Shown here piece by piece: positions 21,811 through 31,198 of a DNA stretch of 64,000 bases. The notes beneath the pieces were generated by a model. The model saw only the letters and a list, made by a program, of their open reading frames with translations, did no database searches and was not told where the DNA came from. The first letter of the stretch is position 1; each line of letters opens with the position of its first letter. Position numbers and translations under genes: made by a program. The stretch comes from Candidatus Poribacteria bacterium (lineage in GTDB: Bacteria > Poribacteria > WGA-4E > UBA9662), in the NCBI GenBank assembly GCA_046582655.1, contig JAYGDX010000195.1:1-64000 (forward strand). Reading direction: 5' to 3'.

Positions 21811-22517
21811 TCGTTTATCTCTGCAAGAATTGATTTTGTGGCTTTGTAGGAATCAGCAGCTTGAGTTATCGGACGACCAACAACAATTTGATTGGCACCA
21901 GCATCAATTGCTTCTTTGGGTGTCATAACACGTTTCTGATCCCCCAAACTTGCAGATTTAGGTCGAACGCCAGGTGTCACAATCCAGAACTGGTCTTCAC
22001 ATTTTTTTCGGATGATTTCGATTTCTAAAGGTGATGCAACCACGCCATCCAACCCGGCTTCCTGCGCACAGATCGACAAATATGCAACTTGATCAGAGAT
22101 TGTGCGGCTGCTGGCAAAATCATTTTGAAAAGCTGACTGATCTATACTTGTTAAGACTGTTACACCCAGCAGCTTAGGTTTCGGGATGCCGAGCCTATCA
22201 GAGACTTCTTCAGCAGATTGGTTCGCAACTTTCATCATCTCAAGTCCCCCCGACGCATGAATATTAATCATATTAGCTCCAATCGCAGTTGCTGACGCCA
22301 CTGCGCCCGCAACTGTGTTAGGAATATCATGAAATTTGAGGTCGAGAAACACAGATTTACCTGCTTCACGTAGCTGTTCGACGATACGCGGCCCAGTACT
22401 GGTAAACAGTTGCTTGCCGACTTTGAACCATGAGACCAAGTCAGACAATTCATTAACAATTCGAATTACTTGATCCGCATCATCAAAGTCGAGAGCAACA
22501 ATCGATCGATTATCCAT
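21807..22517 (-). CDS. pyrF: Orotidine-5'-phosphate decarboxylase
   Basis: IVALD, KVG, FLDLKFHDIPNTV, VTPGVRP, VVGRPI; ATG 22517 overlaps the upstream stop (TTG 22529 is an alternative start). Confidence 0.96.
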   Translation of the reverse strand: MDNRSIVALDFDDADQVIRIVNELSDLVSWFKVGKQLFTSTGPRIVEQLREAGKSVFLDLKFHDIPNTVAGAVASATAIGANMINIHASGGLEMMKVANQSAEEVSDRLGIPKPKLLGVTVLTSIDQSAFQNDFASSRTISDQVAYLSICAQEAGLDGVVASPLEIEIIRKKCEDQFWIVTPGVRPKSASLGDQKRVMTPKEAIDAGANQIVVGRPITQAADSYKATKSILAEINE

Positions 22518-22998
22518 TTGAACTTTCAATTTCTGATTCTAGATAATCGCCAGTGTTTAAGTCCCAAGTATACACCCGCATATCTTGGACCTGGATACCA
22601 CTATCACCATCATAAATTGGAATTACGATGTAAGACGCATCAGGATATAATGGCTCGTCCCATATCGTTGCGTCGGCTTTATCTTTTTCTGAGAAATAGG
22701 CATGGTGATTGGGATGTGAGTGATAAAATGCTTTAATTGGTCGGGTTTTCGCTTCCGATTCTTTGTGAATTTCCAGCAACTCTTTGGGATCAATTTGATA
22801 TGCGGTACGTGCATCACGAGGATAAACTGACGGATCTTCCAGGTGAAGTTGGTTCTGTATATTTGTGCATTCCCGCAAAAAATCTTGTTTGCCATCACTC
22901 AGAATAACACCGCAACATTCATCAGGGAAATCCGATTTTGCGTGTTCGGAAATTTGTTTGAGTATTTCCGCACTAAGTTTCAGTAAATTATTTTCCAA
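22510..22998 (-). CDS. JAMM/MPN+ (M67) metallopeptidase, Mec/QbsD-like
   Basis: PDECCG and YHSHPNHHAYFSEKD (intact E...HxH-x7-SxxD); adjacent to a ubiquitin-like sulfur carrier. Confidence 0.9.
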   Translation of the reverse strand: MENNLLKLSAEILKQISEHAKSDFPDECCGVILSDGKQDFLRECTNIQNQLHLEDPSVYPRDARTAYQIDPKELLEIHKESEAKTRPIKAFYHSHPNHHAYFSEKDKADATIWDEPLYPDASYIVIPIYDGDSGIQVQDMRVYTWDLNTGDYLESEIESSNG

Positions 22999-23003
22999 AT
23001 TAA

Positions 23004-23291
23004 CTAAGACATCAAAATTCCACCGGCAATTGCCGGAATAATTGAGACCTCATCACCATCGTTTACTGCAGTTGACTTTCCTTCTAAAAAGCGAATGTCT
23101 TCATCATTTAAATATATATTAACAAAACGACGGATATTATCGGCTTCATCGTAAATTCGCTCTTTGATCCCTGGATAGTTAGTATCAAGGTTATCGATCA
23201 ACGATTCAATATTATTACCACTCACTTCGACTTCCGGTTCATTTTGAGTGAGTTTCCGCAATGGCGTTGGGATTCTTACAGTTACAGACAT
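23004..23291 (-). CDS. MoaD/ThiS/CysO-type ubiquitin-like sulfur carrier with C-terminal extension
   Basis: VRIPTPLR...FVNIYLNDEDIRFL...IIPAIAGG-ILMS; AAGGAG RBS. Confidence 0.9.
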   Translation of the reverse strand: MSVTVRIPTPLRKLTQNEPEVEVSGNNIESLIDNLDTNYPGIKERIYDEADNIRRFVNIYLNDEDIRFLEGKSTAVNDGDEVSIIPAIAGGILMS

Positions 23292-23356
23292 AATCTTTAT
23301 TCTCCTTTAATAAGCAATATCTTAAAAATAGTGTATTACATGATTCCAGTTTGATG

Positions 23357-24112
23357 CTAAATCGAGAAATGGAGACCGCACTCTTTTTTATTTTCTTCTA
23401 ACTGCGTGTTTTGCCAGCGCCAGCGACCTGCCCGCTTAGGTTCGCCTGGTCGTATTGGTGTTGTGCATATCACGCAACCAAGCGATTCATAGAATTGTCC
23501 GTTCGTTTTTGGCATCAGCAATGGGTTAATCGGAATATCATGTTCTTTGATAAAATCCTGCACTTGTTTCTCTGTCCAGTCGAAGAGGGGGTTGATTTTT
23601 AAAATCGATCTACCTTTCTTCTCAATGACCTGTGCCTTGGGAATTCTCTGCCGATTTTCCGATTGATCACGACGAAGTCCGGAAAACCAAACATCAATAT
23701 CTGTCAATAATTGTTCAAGGGATTCAACTTTCCGAATATGACAGCAATATTCCTGCTTGTCTTTGCTATCAAAGAACAGAAATTCTCCATGCTGGTTGAC
23801 CATTCGGTTAACTCGTTCCAAATTCGGTTTTATTTGCTCGATCTGTATTCCATATCGGGCTTCAACCTGATCCAAAAAAGCATAAGTTTCGGGAAAGAGG
23901 CGCAACGTGTCTATAGTGCAAACACGAAACGGTATTCCATTTTCGTGTGCCATGTGAATTATAATCATTCCAGTCAATTGACCGCTAGTGATTATGGCAG
24001 CATGTTCCTCGAAACGTTTAAATATCTGAAATAGGATTTCCTGAGGTTGATCGATTTGACGAACCTTGTAACAAAAACTGCTGGTGATTTTCGGTAAGTC
24101 ATGTTCAGTCAT
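23357..24112 (-). CDS. cysH: APS/PAPS reductase, probably the Fe-S-containing APS-reducing type
   Basis: DTLRLFPETY, CC pair (YCCHIRK), GLRRDQS, SLGCVICT, RAGRW, ECGLH; ATG 24112 with GGAG RBS. Confidence 0.9.
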   Translation of the reverse strand: MTEHDLPKITSSFCYKVRQIDQPQEILFQIFKRFEEHAAIITSGQLTGMIIIHMAHENGIPFRVCTIDTLRLFPETYAFLDQVEARYGIQIEQIKPNLERVNRMVNQHGEFLFFDSKDKQEYCCHIRKVESLEQLLTDIDVWFSGLRRDQSENRQRIPKAQVIEKKGRSILKINPLFDWTEKQVQDFIKEHDIPINPLLMPKTNGQFYESLGCVICTTPIRPGEPKRAGRWRWQNTQLEENKKECGLHFSI

Positions 24113-24117
24113 TCCAA

Positions 24118-25062
24118 TCACTCCATATCAATATCACTACTATCTTGAAAATGATCAGAAAGGCTCAAATATCGTTCGCCAGTATCGCACAGAATAGTTA
24201 CCAACCGCTTATCTGCACCAAGTTCGTGTGCTAATTGCAACGCTGCATGCATGTTTGCCCCTGAGGAAATGCCTACAAGTAACCCCTCTTTTTTGGAGAT
24301 TCGCTTCATCATGTCATAAGCATCTTGATCAGATACGGTGATGATTTGATCCATAATATCAACGTTTAATACTTTGGGTATCATACCAGCACCAATTCCA
24401 TCGATGCGTGTTGGTGCCGGACTTCCTCCCGACAGCACAGGGGATGCACTGGGCTCAACAGCTACAACTTTTGTTTTTTTTGAATGTTTTTTTAATTCTT
24501 CACCGACTCCAGTTAAGGTGCCTCCTGTTCCCACACCTGTTACAAAGACGTCGATTGGTTGATCAAAGGCCCCGATAATTTCCTGAGCTGTTGTACAACG
24601 ATGAGCCTCTGGGTTAGCAACATTACAAAACTGGTTTGGCATATAGTGCCTCGGTTTTCTTCTGGCAATATCTTCCGCTTCCCAAATTGCTCCTGCCATG
24701 CCAGAATCCTCCGGCGTTAAAATAATATCTACACCATATGCCGAAAGGAGACAGTACTTCTCTCGACTGACGTTCTCAGGCATGGTTAACACAATATTAT
24801 ATCCTTTTGATATTGCAACAATAGAGAGCCCTATTCCCGTGTTTCCGGCGGTCGGTTCAACAATAGTATAGCCGGGTTTGAGCCAGCCACGTTCTTCTGC
24901 ATCTTCAACCATGGCATAACAAATACGATCTTTAATGCTACCGCCTGGGTTATAAGATTCAAGTTTGGCATAGATTTTCGCATCGCCCGGTTGTGTCAAA
25001 TGGTTTAGGTGGATCATTGGTGTATTACCGATTAAATTACTGATATTCCGGGCGATTCTCAT
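24118..25062 (-). CDS. cysK: PLP-dependent cysteine synthase family protein
   Basis: IGNTP, KLESYNPGGSIKDR, GVGTGGT, GISSGAN, DTGERYLS; atypical TAGNTG and TRIDGIG loops. Confidence 0.8.
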   Translation of the reverse strand: MRIARNISNLIGNTPMIHLNHLTQPGDAKIYAKLESYNPGGSIKDRICYAMVEDAEERGWLKPGYTIVEPTAGNTGIGLSIVAISKGYNIVLTMPENVSREKYCLLSAYGVDIILTPEDSGMAGAIWEAEDIARRKPRHYMPNQFCNVANPEAHRCTTAQEIIGAFDQPIDVFVTGVGTGGTLTGVGEELKKHSKKTKVVAVEPSASPVLSGGSPAPTRIDGIGAGMIPKVLNVDIMDQIITVSDQDAYDMMKRISKKEGLLVGISSGANMHAALQLAHELGADKRLVTILCDTGERYLSLSDHFQDSSDIDME

Positions 25063-25113
25063 GTATGAAGTTGCCTGTAATATTTAATCAGGGTTTGGGT
25101 TTACCAAGCGTAA

Positions 25114-25142
25114 ATTATAGTATAATTCATGATGATAATCAA
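25114..25142 (-). promoter_or_regulatory. sigma70-type promoter for the cysK operon
   Basis: TTGATT-N17-TATAAT on the minus strand. Confidence 0.55.
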
Positions 25143-25180
25143 CTGTATATCCAAAATCGAGATAGGTTTGAATTAAAGTG

Positions 25181-25981
25181 TCAATCTTCAAACACCTTCG
25201 AAATGCGTGGCATCAACAGTTCATTATTTCTCGCCAAGGGAAGTCCCGCAAACGCACATCGGTTGTTCCACTGATCGATTGCTTCGCTGGTCTTGTATTC
25301 GTTGATGATAGCGTGCCGTGTGGTATTAGTGAAATTGTGTCCGGCGCGATGGACAACTAGAACATGAACTATAGCCACATCGCCCGCATTTGCAGACAAT
25401 ACACGATGTTTTTCCGAGGGGGCTTGATCGTCAGGGATTCTATATCCGTCGGATGTTTCCCATTCGCCTTTAAGATGACTTTCGGGCAGAACTTCTGTTG
25501 CTCCAGACTCAAAATCAGTGTCATCAAGATACGTAATGGCTGCAGCCAACTCCGGCTTGGTATGTCGTTCATAAGGCCAATCCTGATGCCAACTCTGATG
25601 CGAATAGAATCCAGGTGGTTTGTTTCGTACCTTACCGTTGTGAAAGTCGATGTTTGGTCCAAGCAAGTCAACCATAATTGAAACAACTCTTGGATCAGTG
25701 AAGTGATCAAACCAAAAATCACTTGCTAGAACGTGATCCATCATTCCTTCTACGTTTTCAGGGTTGAATGGATCAGTTTTGTAGTTTTCTTTTGGATCCA
25801 TGAACGAATAACTTATATTTTTGGGACGATCCTCTGTTTGGGTAATAAGTTGATGAAACTGCTTCCGCATTTCGGTAACTTCCCCGTGATTATAGAGTGA
25901 TCGAATTAAAAGATAGCCGTTGTCATGAAAGAATTGAATCTGATCAGGGTCCAGACACAAGCTTTTATTTATATTTGGCAT
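25181..25981 (-). CDS. Phytanoyl-CoA dioxygenase (PhyH) family Fe(II)/2OG oxygenase
   Basis: FFHDNGYL, KPP, WHQD, NGA-like SGATEVLPESH, VHRAGHN. Confidence 0.9.
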   Translation of the reverse strand: MPNINKSLCLDPDQIQFFHDNGYLLIRSLYNHGEVTEMRKQFHQLITQTEDRPKNISYSFMDPKENYKTDPFNPENVEGMMDHVLASDFWFDHFTDPRVVSIMVDLLGPNIDFHNGKVRNKPPGFYSHQSWHQDWPYERHTKPELAAAITYLDDTDFESGATEVLPESHLKGEWETSDGYRIPDDQAPSEKHRVLSANAGDVAIVHVLVVHRAGHNFTNTTRHAIINEYKTSEAIDQWNNRCAFAGLPLARNNELLMPRISKVFED

Positions 25982-26119
25982 AATAGAGCTCCTAATCCTA
26001 CTTGAAATTTATATAGCAAAATGTGATATGCATGTCTTAATCAATGGATTCTAGCAATAAAATTCGGGGCTAGCTTTGAGATATATTCGGTCGGACACTG
26101 ACTTCAATAGCTGCAATTT

Positions 26120-26908
26120 TCAGGGTGTTCCTCGCCGTGCTCCACCGTCCATATAAATTGAACTCCCAAACATATAAGAACAAGTCTCAGAAGCTAAAAA
26201 AGCTACTACATTGGCAATCTCTTCAGGTTCGGCCATACGGCCTGCCGGTAGTTCGCGTCCAAGATCCCACAACAATTCTTCTACATCTCGATTTTCTCGA
26301 ATGGCTCTCGCATGCTGTTGCTCACGCGCGCGGAATGTATTGGTCAATCCCGGACAGATCGTGTTGACTAGAATCCCATCGCTAGAAACTGCATCCGAAA
26401 GCGCGCGGGTCATATTCAAAATGGTAATATTGGCAGTGCCCGTTGGCATGTTTCGTCGACTAGGGCTTGTACCGGCTCCTCCGGCAATATTGATAATCCG
26501 TCCCCATTGATTCTCCTTCATATAAGGAATCACCAATTGAGACATTCGTAAATAGCTGTAGCTCTTCAATCGTAGCGCATCATCAATCTGCTTAGTAGAT
26601 AAATCCAGAATGTCGGCATTCTTAGCTGCCCCAACATTATTAACTAATATATCCACCCCACCGAACGTTTCCACAGTTTCACGCACAACCTTCTGGCAAT
26701 TCTTTTGAGAATTTAAATCAACAGCAACAGCGAAACCTTCACCGTCCAGCTCGTCGATCTCTCCCAACACCTGATTTAGCGCATCCTGTGTCCGAGCGGC
26801 AATACAAACTCGAGTTCCTTCTCGTGCAAGAGCCCGCGCGCAACATCGGCCAATCCCACGACTGCCGCCAGTGACAATTGCCCGTTTTCCTTCTAACCCT
26901 AAATCCAT
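26120..26908 (-). CDS. SDR family oxidoreductase
   Basis: TGGSRGIG, DILVNNVG, VNTICPG; the canonical YxxxK is not evident (TGTAN). Confidence 0.9.
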   Translation of the reverse strand: MDLGLEGKRAIVTGGSRGIGRCCARALAREGTRVCIAARTQDALNQVLGEIDELDGEGFAVAVDLNSQKNCQKVVRETVETFGGVDILVNNVGAAKNADILDLSTKQIDDALRLKSYSYLRMSQLVIPYMKENQWGRIINIAGGAGTSPSRRNMPTGTANITILNMTRALSDAVSSDGILVNTICPGLTNTFRAREQQHARAIRENRDVEELLWDLGRELPAGRMAEPEEIANVVAFLASETCSYMFGSSIYMDGGARRGTP

Positions 26909-27192
26909 ATGTTAGGCCCTCTAATTACCTACAGCTTTTCCCAGAATAAGCAATTTTTTCAACCTCGAGCTCCCTCATTTAAGAGATTGAGAACCGTCTT
27001 ACAAGCATCGGATCTGCATCATCTTTCAACGAGAATGACATGGTTTCCTCGCTATAATCCGAGTGCTTCAAATATTCAGTTAATTCATGTTCCTGAAAGG
27101 ATACCGATGATTAAAATATTCAAGGGTAGTTTCTATCGCCACAATTGAGATTGATACTTCCTCCTGTCTAATAAAAGATTTTTGATGAAAAT

Positions 27193-28148
27193 CTAGCTAA
27201 TGTCCAGAAATTTCTTGTAAATTTCTTCGTACAAACGTACATCTGTTAACGAATCTTCACCGGAAGATCGGAAAGGTTGATCTGTTCTAACATGCTTAAT
27301 AAAGTGTTCTAGCTCGCGATGATAGGCCCATGTCCACCTAGGTTCAGGTACTGGCTTTAAAATTTGTTGATCTTCACCAGCACGATAAATCTCGACCTCC
27401 GCCGTTGTATTCTTCAATAATAACGGCGGTGCCCAAGTATGGACCCAACCATGCTGAAAATAGATCTGCGTATGTTCATCCCAACGATAGTGTGAGATTC
27501 CACCCGACTCAAGTGTGACCCGTACACCCGCCATTTCAAAGATGACAACTCCTCGAGATACGAACCAACTCGGTCCGCAGGCAACCATTCAGGCACTTTC
27601 CTAGGACCACTTGGTGCAACCTCATTGGTACTTTCCATTGGGGTATCCAAGTTACAGATCCAATCACCGCAAAAACCGTGATTTCGGACATAAGTGATGT
27701 CACCTAGTTCCCCTGTTTCCCGAAACTTGGTCACATTCAATTTGACTAGCTCGTTTCCAGCATCGTACCGCTTCATGTAACCGACCATCAGTTTCGTGTT
27801 GGCAGATTTTGCCGCTTCCAACAGAGATTTAGCCTGCTTGATAGAAACAGCCATCGGCTTCTCCATGAAAACACATTTGCCCGCGCTTAATAGATCTTTG
27901 GCAATCTCGCCTTGTAAAGCAAAATCTGCAGATACAGCAACGGCTTCAATTTCGTTGTCTTTAGCTAACTCAAGATGATCTTTGTACAGTTTCGGAACCC
28001 GATACCGATCCTGAACTTTCTGACCTAACTCTGCTCGGACTTCTGCGATAGCGACAAGATCACACTCCGAAATACTCAAAAAGTTGGGAATATGAACTTT
28101 CTGCGCCATAAACCCACAACCAACATATCCCAGCTTTACAGGGGCCAT
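27193..28148 (-). pseudogene. Gfo/Idh/MocA oxidoreductase split by a frameshift or deletion near 27553
   Basis: N-terminal ORF has GCGFMA, EKPMA, VGYMKRYD; protein-like sequence continues in another frame (GVVIFEMAG...YHRELEHF) to the stop at 27193. Confidence 0.75.
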
Positions 28149-28208
28149 GATTCTTTAATCCGTTTTTCAGGACACCTTTCTTGAGAATCTAATTTAGACC
28201 TATAAAAC

Positions 28209-29171
28209 TTAGAAGCCAAGTTGTTTATCCACCAAATTTTTTAAATCATAATTACCCTTAATGAATTGTGACAAATTCTCTTCAAATATTTGGATAACAT
28301 ACATTGCCTCATGCTGAGTTCCTCCAGCAACATGCGGAGTAATTAACAAGTTCTGCAATTGCCACAATTCACTATCTGTCGGTAGCGGTTCTGAATCGAA
28401 AACATCAAGCGCAGCAGCGGAAATCCATCCCTTATTTAGGGCATCTGCCAATGCCCGTTGATCAATAATACCTCCACGTGACATTCCAACCAGCATTGAA
28501 CTTGGCTTCATCAATTCCAGCTCATGTACACCTATCATTTTATTGGTCTGTTCAGTATAAGGAACCATAACAACAACATAATCCGATATTCTCAGTAGAT
28601 GATGTAGTTGATCAATACCCCATAATTCCTCAACGTACTCTGGCTTGTCCATCGGATACATATCAACAGCAACGACACGCATGTCAAAAGCCGAAGCACG
28701 CTTTGCTAAAGCGCGACCAGTAGCGCCAAAACCGATGACACCTATAGTACTATAAGTTAGTTCGGAAAGCTGACTACGTATCTCTCGAGCACACCAGTTT
28801 TTTTCTGATTGACCTAAAATGCTGCTTCGAATCCCCCGCGTAAAAGAAAAGATCATCCCCAATGCGCTCTCCGCTACGCAAGCTGCATGGGTTCCACTAG
28901 CACTTGTCAACAAAACATCACTATCTTTTAATTCCGATATGGCCAAATAGTGGTTTATTCCCGAACTTGGGGACTGAATCCACTTCAATTCTTCCGCTGC
29001 AAAAAAAACGCCTTTGTCCAACCAACCGAAGTAAACATCGGCATCAACGATTTCGTCGGCAAGTTTTTGTCGATCACTACACTTCTCAAACTGCAACTGA
29101 GGAAATTTCCCCTGCAGATCAGGAATTGCATTTTCCAACCCAATGTGATTTGGTCCCACGAGAACCTTCAT
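28209..29171 (-). CDS. D-2-hydroxyacid dehydrogenase family protein
   Basis: GFGATG, SRGGIIDQ, AALDVFDSEPLP, LITPHVAG. Confidence 0.92.
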   Translation of the reverse strand: MKVLVGPNHIGLENAIPDLQGKFPQLQFEKCSDRQKLADEIVDADVYFGWLDKGVFFAAEELKWIQSPSSGINHYLAISELKDSDVLLTSASGTHAACVAESALGMIFSFTRGIRSSILGQSEKNWCAREIRSQLSELTYSTIGVIGFGATGRALAKRASAFDMRVVAVDMYPMDKPEYVEELWGIDQLHHLLRISDYVVVMVPYTEQTNKMIGVHELELMKPSSMLVGMSRGGIIDQRALADALNKGWISAAALDVFDSEPLPTDSELWQLQNLLITPHVAGGTQHEAMYVIQIFEENLSQFIKGNYDLKNLVDKQLGF

Positions 29172-29223
29172 AAAAATCCCTTTCCTAACAAGACTTCTTA
29201 ATCATAGCCAAACTAAGACATCC

Positions 29224-29252
29224 ATTATAAATCAACAAGACAATTGCAACAA
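29224..29252 (-). promoter_or_regulatory. sigma70-type promoter for the dehydrogenase genes
   Basis: TTGTTG-N17-TATAAT on the minus strand. Confidence 0.5.
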
Positions 29253-29621
29253 AGTTTTACAAATACTAGAAATGAGAATTTGATGAATCCCCAACAAGCA
29301 AACAAAAAATACAGAAGCTTTACCTTCTCAAAATACAGAGTCCCATCCAGCAAGACCTGAACAGGGTTTTGCCAATCTCAGCATGAGAAATGAACGCTGA
29401 TCATCATGCTAAAACACGGTCTTGTATGATTATTTAATCAGTAGAGGAAAGAAAATAACAACCTTGATGGGCCATTCTGTACGCAGAGAGCGAAAAAAGC
29501 GATGGGGAAAAACAACAAGATTTCTGACAATTCCACCAAAAAGAAAGGTTGGTGAAATGAATCGGGGTACGCAAAAAAGATTACTTCCCATGCAAAATTG
29601 AAAAAAACAAATACTACCAGA

Positions 29622-30938
29622 TTAAATCTGAATATTTTTAAGCAAACCTTTGATTATATTGCCACCGTTTACAACGCGAATCGGTCGTCCAACTCGTGAC
29701 CAATTCTCCGAGTTATGATCGATACCGAAGGACGTGCAAAGAGATACAAACACATCTTGAACCGACACTGGTTGATCAACAACTTTCATTCCATCTTCGC
29801 TTGTTGAACCAATTACCTGACCGCCGCGAATACCACCACCACCAAGAACCAACGACCAACCGTTCGCAAAGTGATCACGGCCTTCATTACTATTAATTTT
29901 AGGTGTCCGTCCAAATTCACCTAACCACATAACAATCGTCTTATCAAGCAGATCTCGATCTTCCAGATCCCGGATTAACGTCGCAAAAGCGGGGTCAACG
30001 GTATTCATTAGGTTTCCAACTTGCTCGAAATTGTTGCTATGCGTATCCCATCCATCTAATGAGACCTCGACAAATTTCACACCGGATTCAACAAGTCGTC
30101 TGGCCATTAAACAACCTTGTCCAAAGCGATTCATGCCATAGGCTTCTCGTAAAGCAATCGGTTCCTCATGCAATTCAAAAGCTTTTGTTTTCTCGGAATT
30201 GATCATCTTGTCAGCTTTTTCATATATTGCTTGATGCGCTTCCGTACTGCGACCAACCCGTTTCTTAAGAAAATCCTCCTGCAAGTCACCCATTAACATC
30301 AGACGTTGCTGAAACCTACGCTGATCCATTTGAACCGGATATTTAATGTCATCAATTGGCTCCATCGGATTATTAACTGTAAAAGGATCATGTTTGGCTT
30401 TCAGAAAGCCGCTGGTGAAACTTGGAGAATTAATACTAACGCAGTTTGGAAGTTCAAAATCCGGATTGCCTAAGTGATGTGACACGAGTGATCCAAAGGT
30501 CGGATGCTTGACAGAACTAGTCGGGGCATAACCGGTGTGAAGCAGATACCTTGCACGTTCGTGATTTCCCTCGCGTGAAACCATCGACCGAATTATTGAT
30601 AGATGATGCGCTTGTTCGGAGACTTGTGGTAGCGTTTCGGCAAACTGTATCCCCTTTACACGGGTCTGGATTGCCTTGAACGGTCCACCGTTAGCAGTAT
30701 CAGGCTTGGGGTCAAATGTGTCGAGCTGGCTAGGCCCACCATTCATAAAAAGAACAATACAGTGCTCTGCAGAGGCAACAATATGATCTGTCTGTGCAAA
30801 CACAGGTAACTGCAGATGTTTTAAGGCTATCATACCTAAAAAGCTGTTCATTCCAAACTTAAGGAAGTTTCGTCTAGAAAGATCCTGGGGACACAAATCT
30901 TCCGAATGGTTTTCAATGTTCTCCGCTTTATTCTCCAT
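29622..30938 (-). CDS. DUF1501 domain protein with Tat signal
   Basis: SRRNFLK twin-arginine motif; GGPSQLDTFDPKP, GQGCLMARRLVESGV, GWDTH, GEFGRTPKIN, GRDH. Confidence 0.9.
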   Translation of the reverse strand: MENKAENIENHSEDLCPQDLSRRNFLKFGMNSFLGMIALKHLQLPVFAQTDHIVASAEHCIVLFMNGGPSQLDTFDPKPDTANGGPFKAIQTRVKGIQFAETLPQVSEQAHHLSIIRSMVSREGNHERARYLLHTGYAPTSSVKHPTFGSLVSHHLGNPDFELPNCVSINSPSFTSGFLKAKHDPFTVNNPMEPIDDIKYPVQMDQRRFQQRLMLMGDLQEDFLKKRVGRSTEAHQAIYEKADKMINSEKTKAFELHEEPIALREAYGMNRFGQGCLMARRLVESGVKFVEVSLDGWDTHSNNFEQVGNLMNTVDPAFATLIRDLEDRDLLDKTIVMWLGEFGRTPKINSNEGRDHFANGWSLVLGGGGIRGGQVIGSTSEDGMKVVDQPVSVQDVFVSLCTSFGIDHNSENWSRVGRPIRVVNGGNIIKGLLKNIQI

Positions 30939-30987
30939 TTCTATCCTCTTTTAGCCTGATACCTCTACTATCACAGTATCACAGATA

Positions 30988-31016
30988 ATTATAACAAAAA
31001 AGCGATCCGAAATCAA
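30988..31016 (-). promoter_or_regulatory. sigma70-type promoter for DUF1501, overlapping the tRNA terminator
   Basis: TTGATT-N17-TATAAT with extended TG; the -35 lies in the hairpin loop. Confidence 0.55.
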
Positions 31017-31031
31017 TCGGACCGCTTTTTT
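30996..31031. terminator. Intrinsic terminator downstream of tRNA-Asn, potentially bidirectional
   Basis: AAAAAAGCGATCCGA-AATCAA-TCGGACCGCTTTTTT inverted repeat with A/T tracts on both sides. Confidence 0.8.
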
Positions 31032-31037
31032 GCCAAG

Positions 31038-31110
31038 CTCCCCCGGACGGACTCGAACCGCCGACCTGGTGGTTAACAGCCACTCGCTCTACCGACTGAG
31101 CTACGGAGGA
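31038..31110 (-). tRNA. tRNA-Asn (GTT), CCA not encoded
   Basis: TCCTCCGTAGCTCAGTCGGTAGAGCGAGTGGCT-GTT-AACCACCAGGTCGGCGGTTCGAGTCCGTCCGGGGGAG folds as a cloverleaf with TTCGA T-loop and G discriminator. Confidence 0.97.
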
Positions 31111-31133
31111 ATATTCTAATTTGGACAAATAAA

Positions 31134-31162
31134 ATTCTACTTAATCAATCCAAAGATTTCAA
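31134..31162 (-). promoter_or_regulatory. sigma70-type promoter for tRNA-Asn
   Basis: TTGAAA-N17-TAGAAT. Confidence 0.6.
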
Positions 31163-31198
31163 GAAAATTCTTTCATTTTTTCGTATAACGTTTGTTAC

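Noticed and set aside
26909..27190. 79-aa plus-strand ORF or decayed minus-strand gene fragment
   Set aside because: No recognisable motif or convincing RBS; may be a remnant but cannot be supported
29340..29400. TPP riboswitch-like fragments (CTGAGA, ACCTGA)
   Set aside because: The fragments lie on opposite strands and in the wrong order, and no thiamine gene follows
29467..29601. 44-aa basic small ORF on plus (MGHSVRRERKKRWG...)
   Set aside because: No family resemblance; its composition is explained by A-rich intergenic DNA
31038..31110. tRNA-Asn as integration site of a genomic island
   Set aside because: No integrase, and no duplicated tRNA 3' end seen in the window
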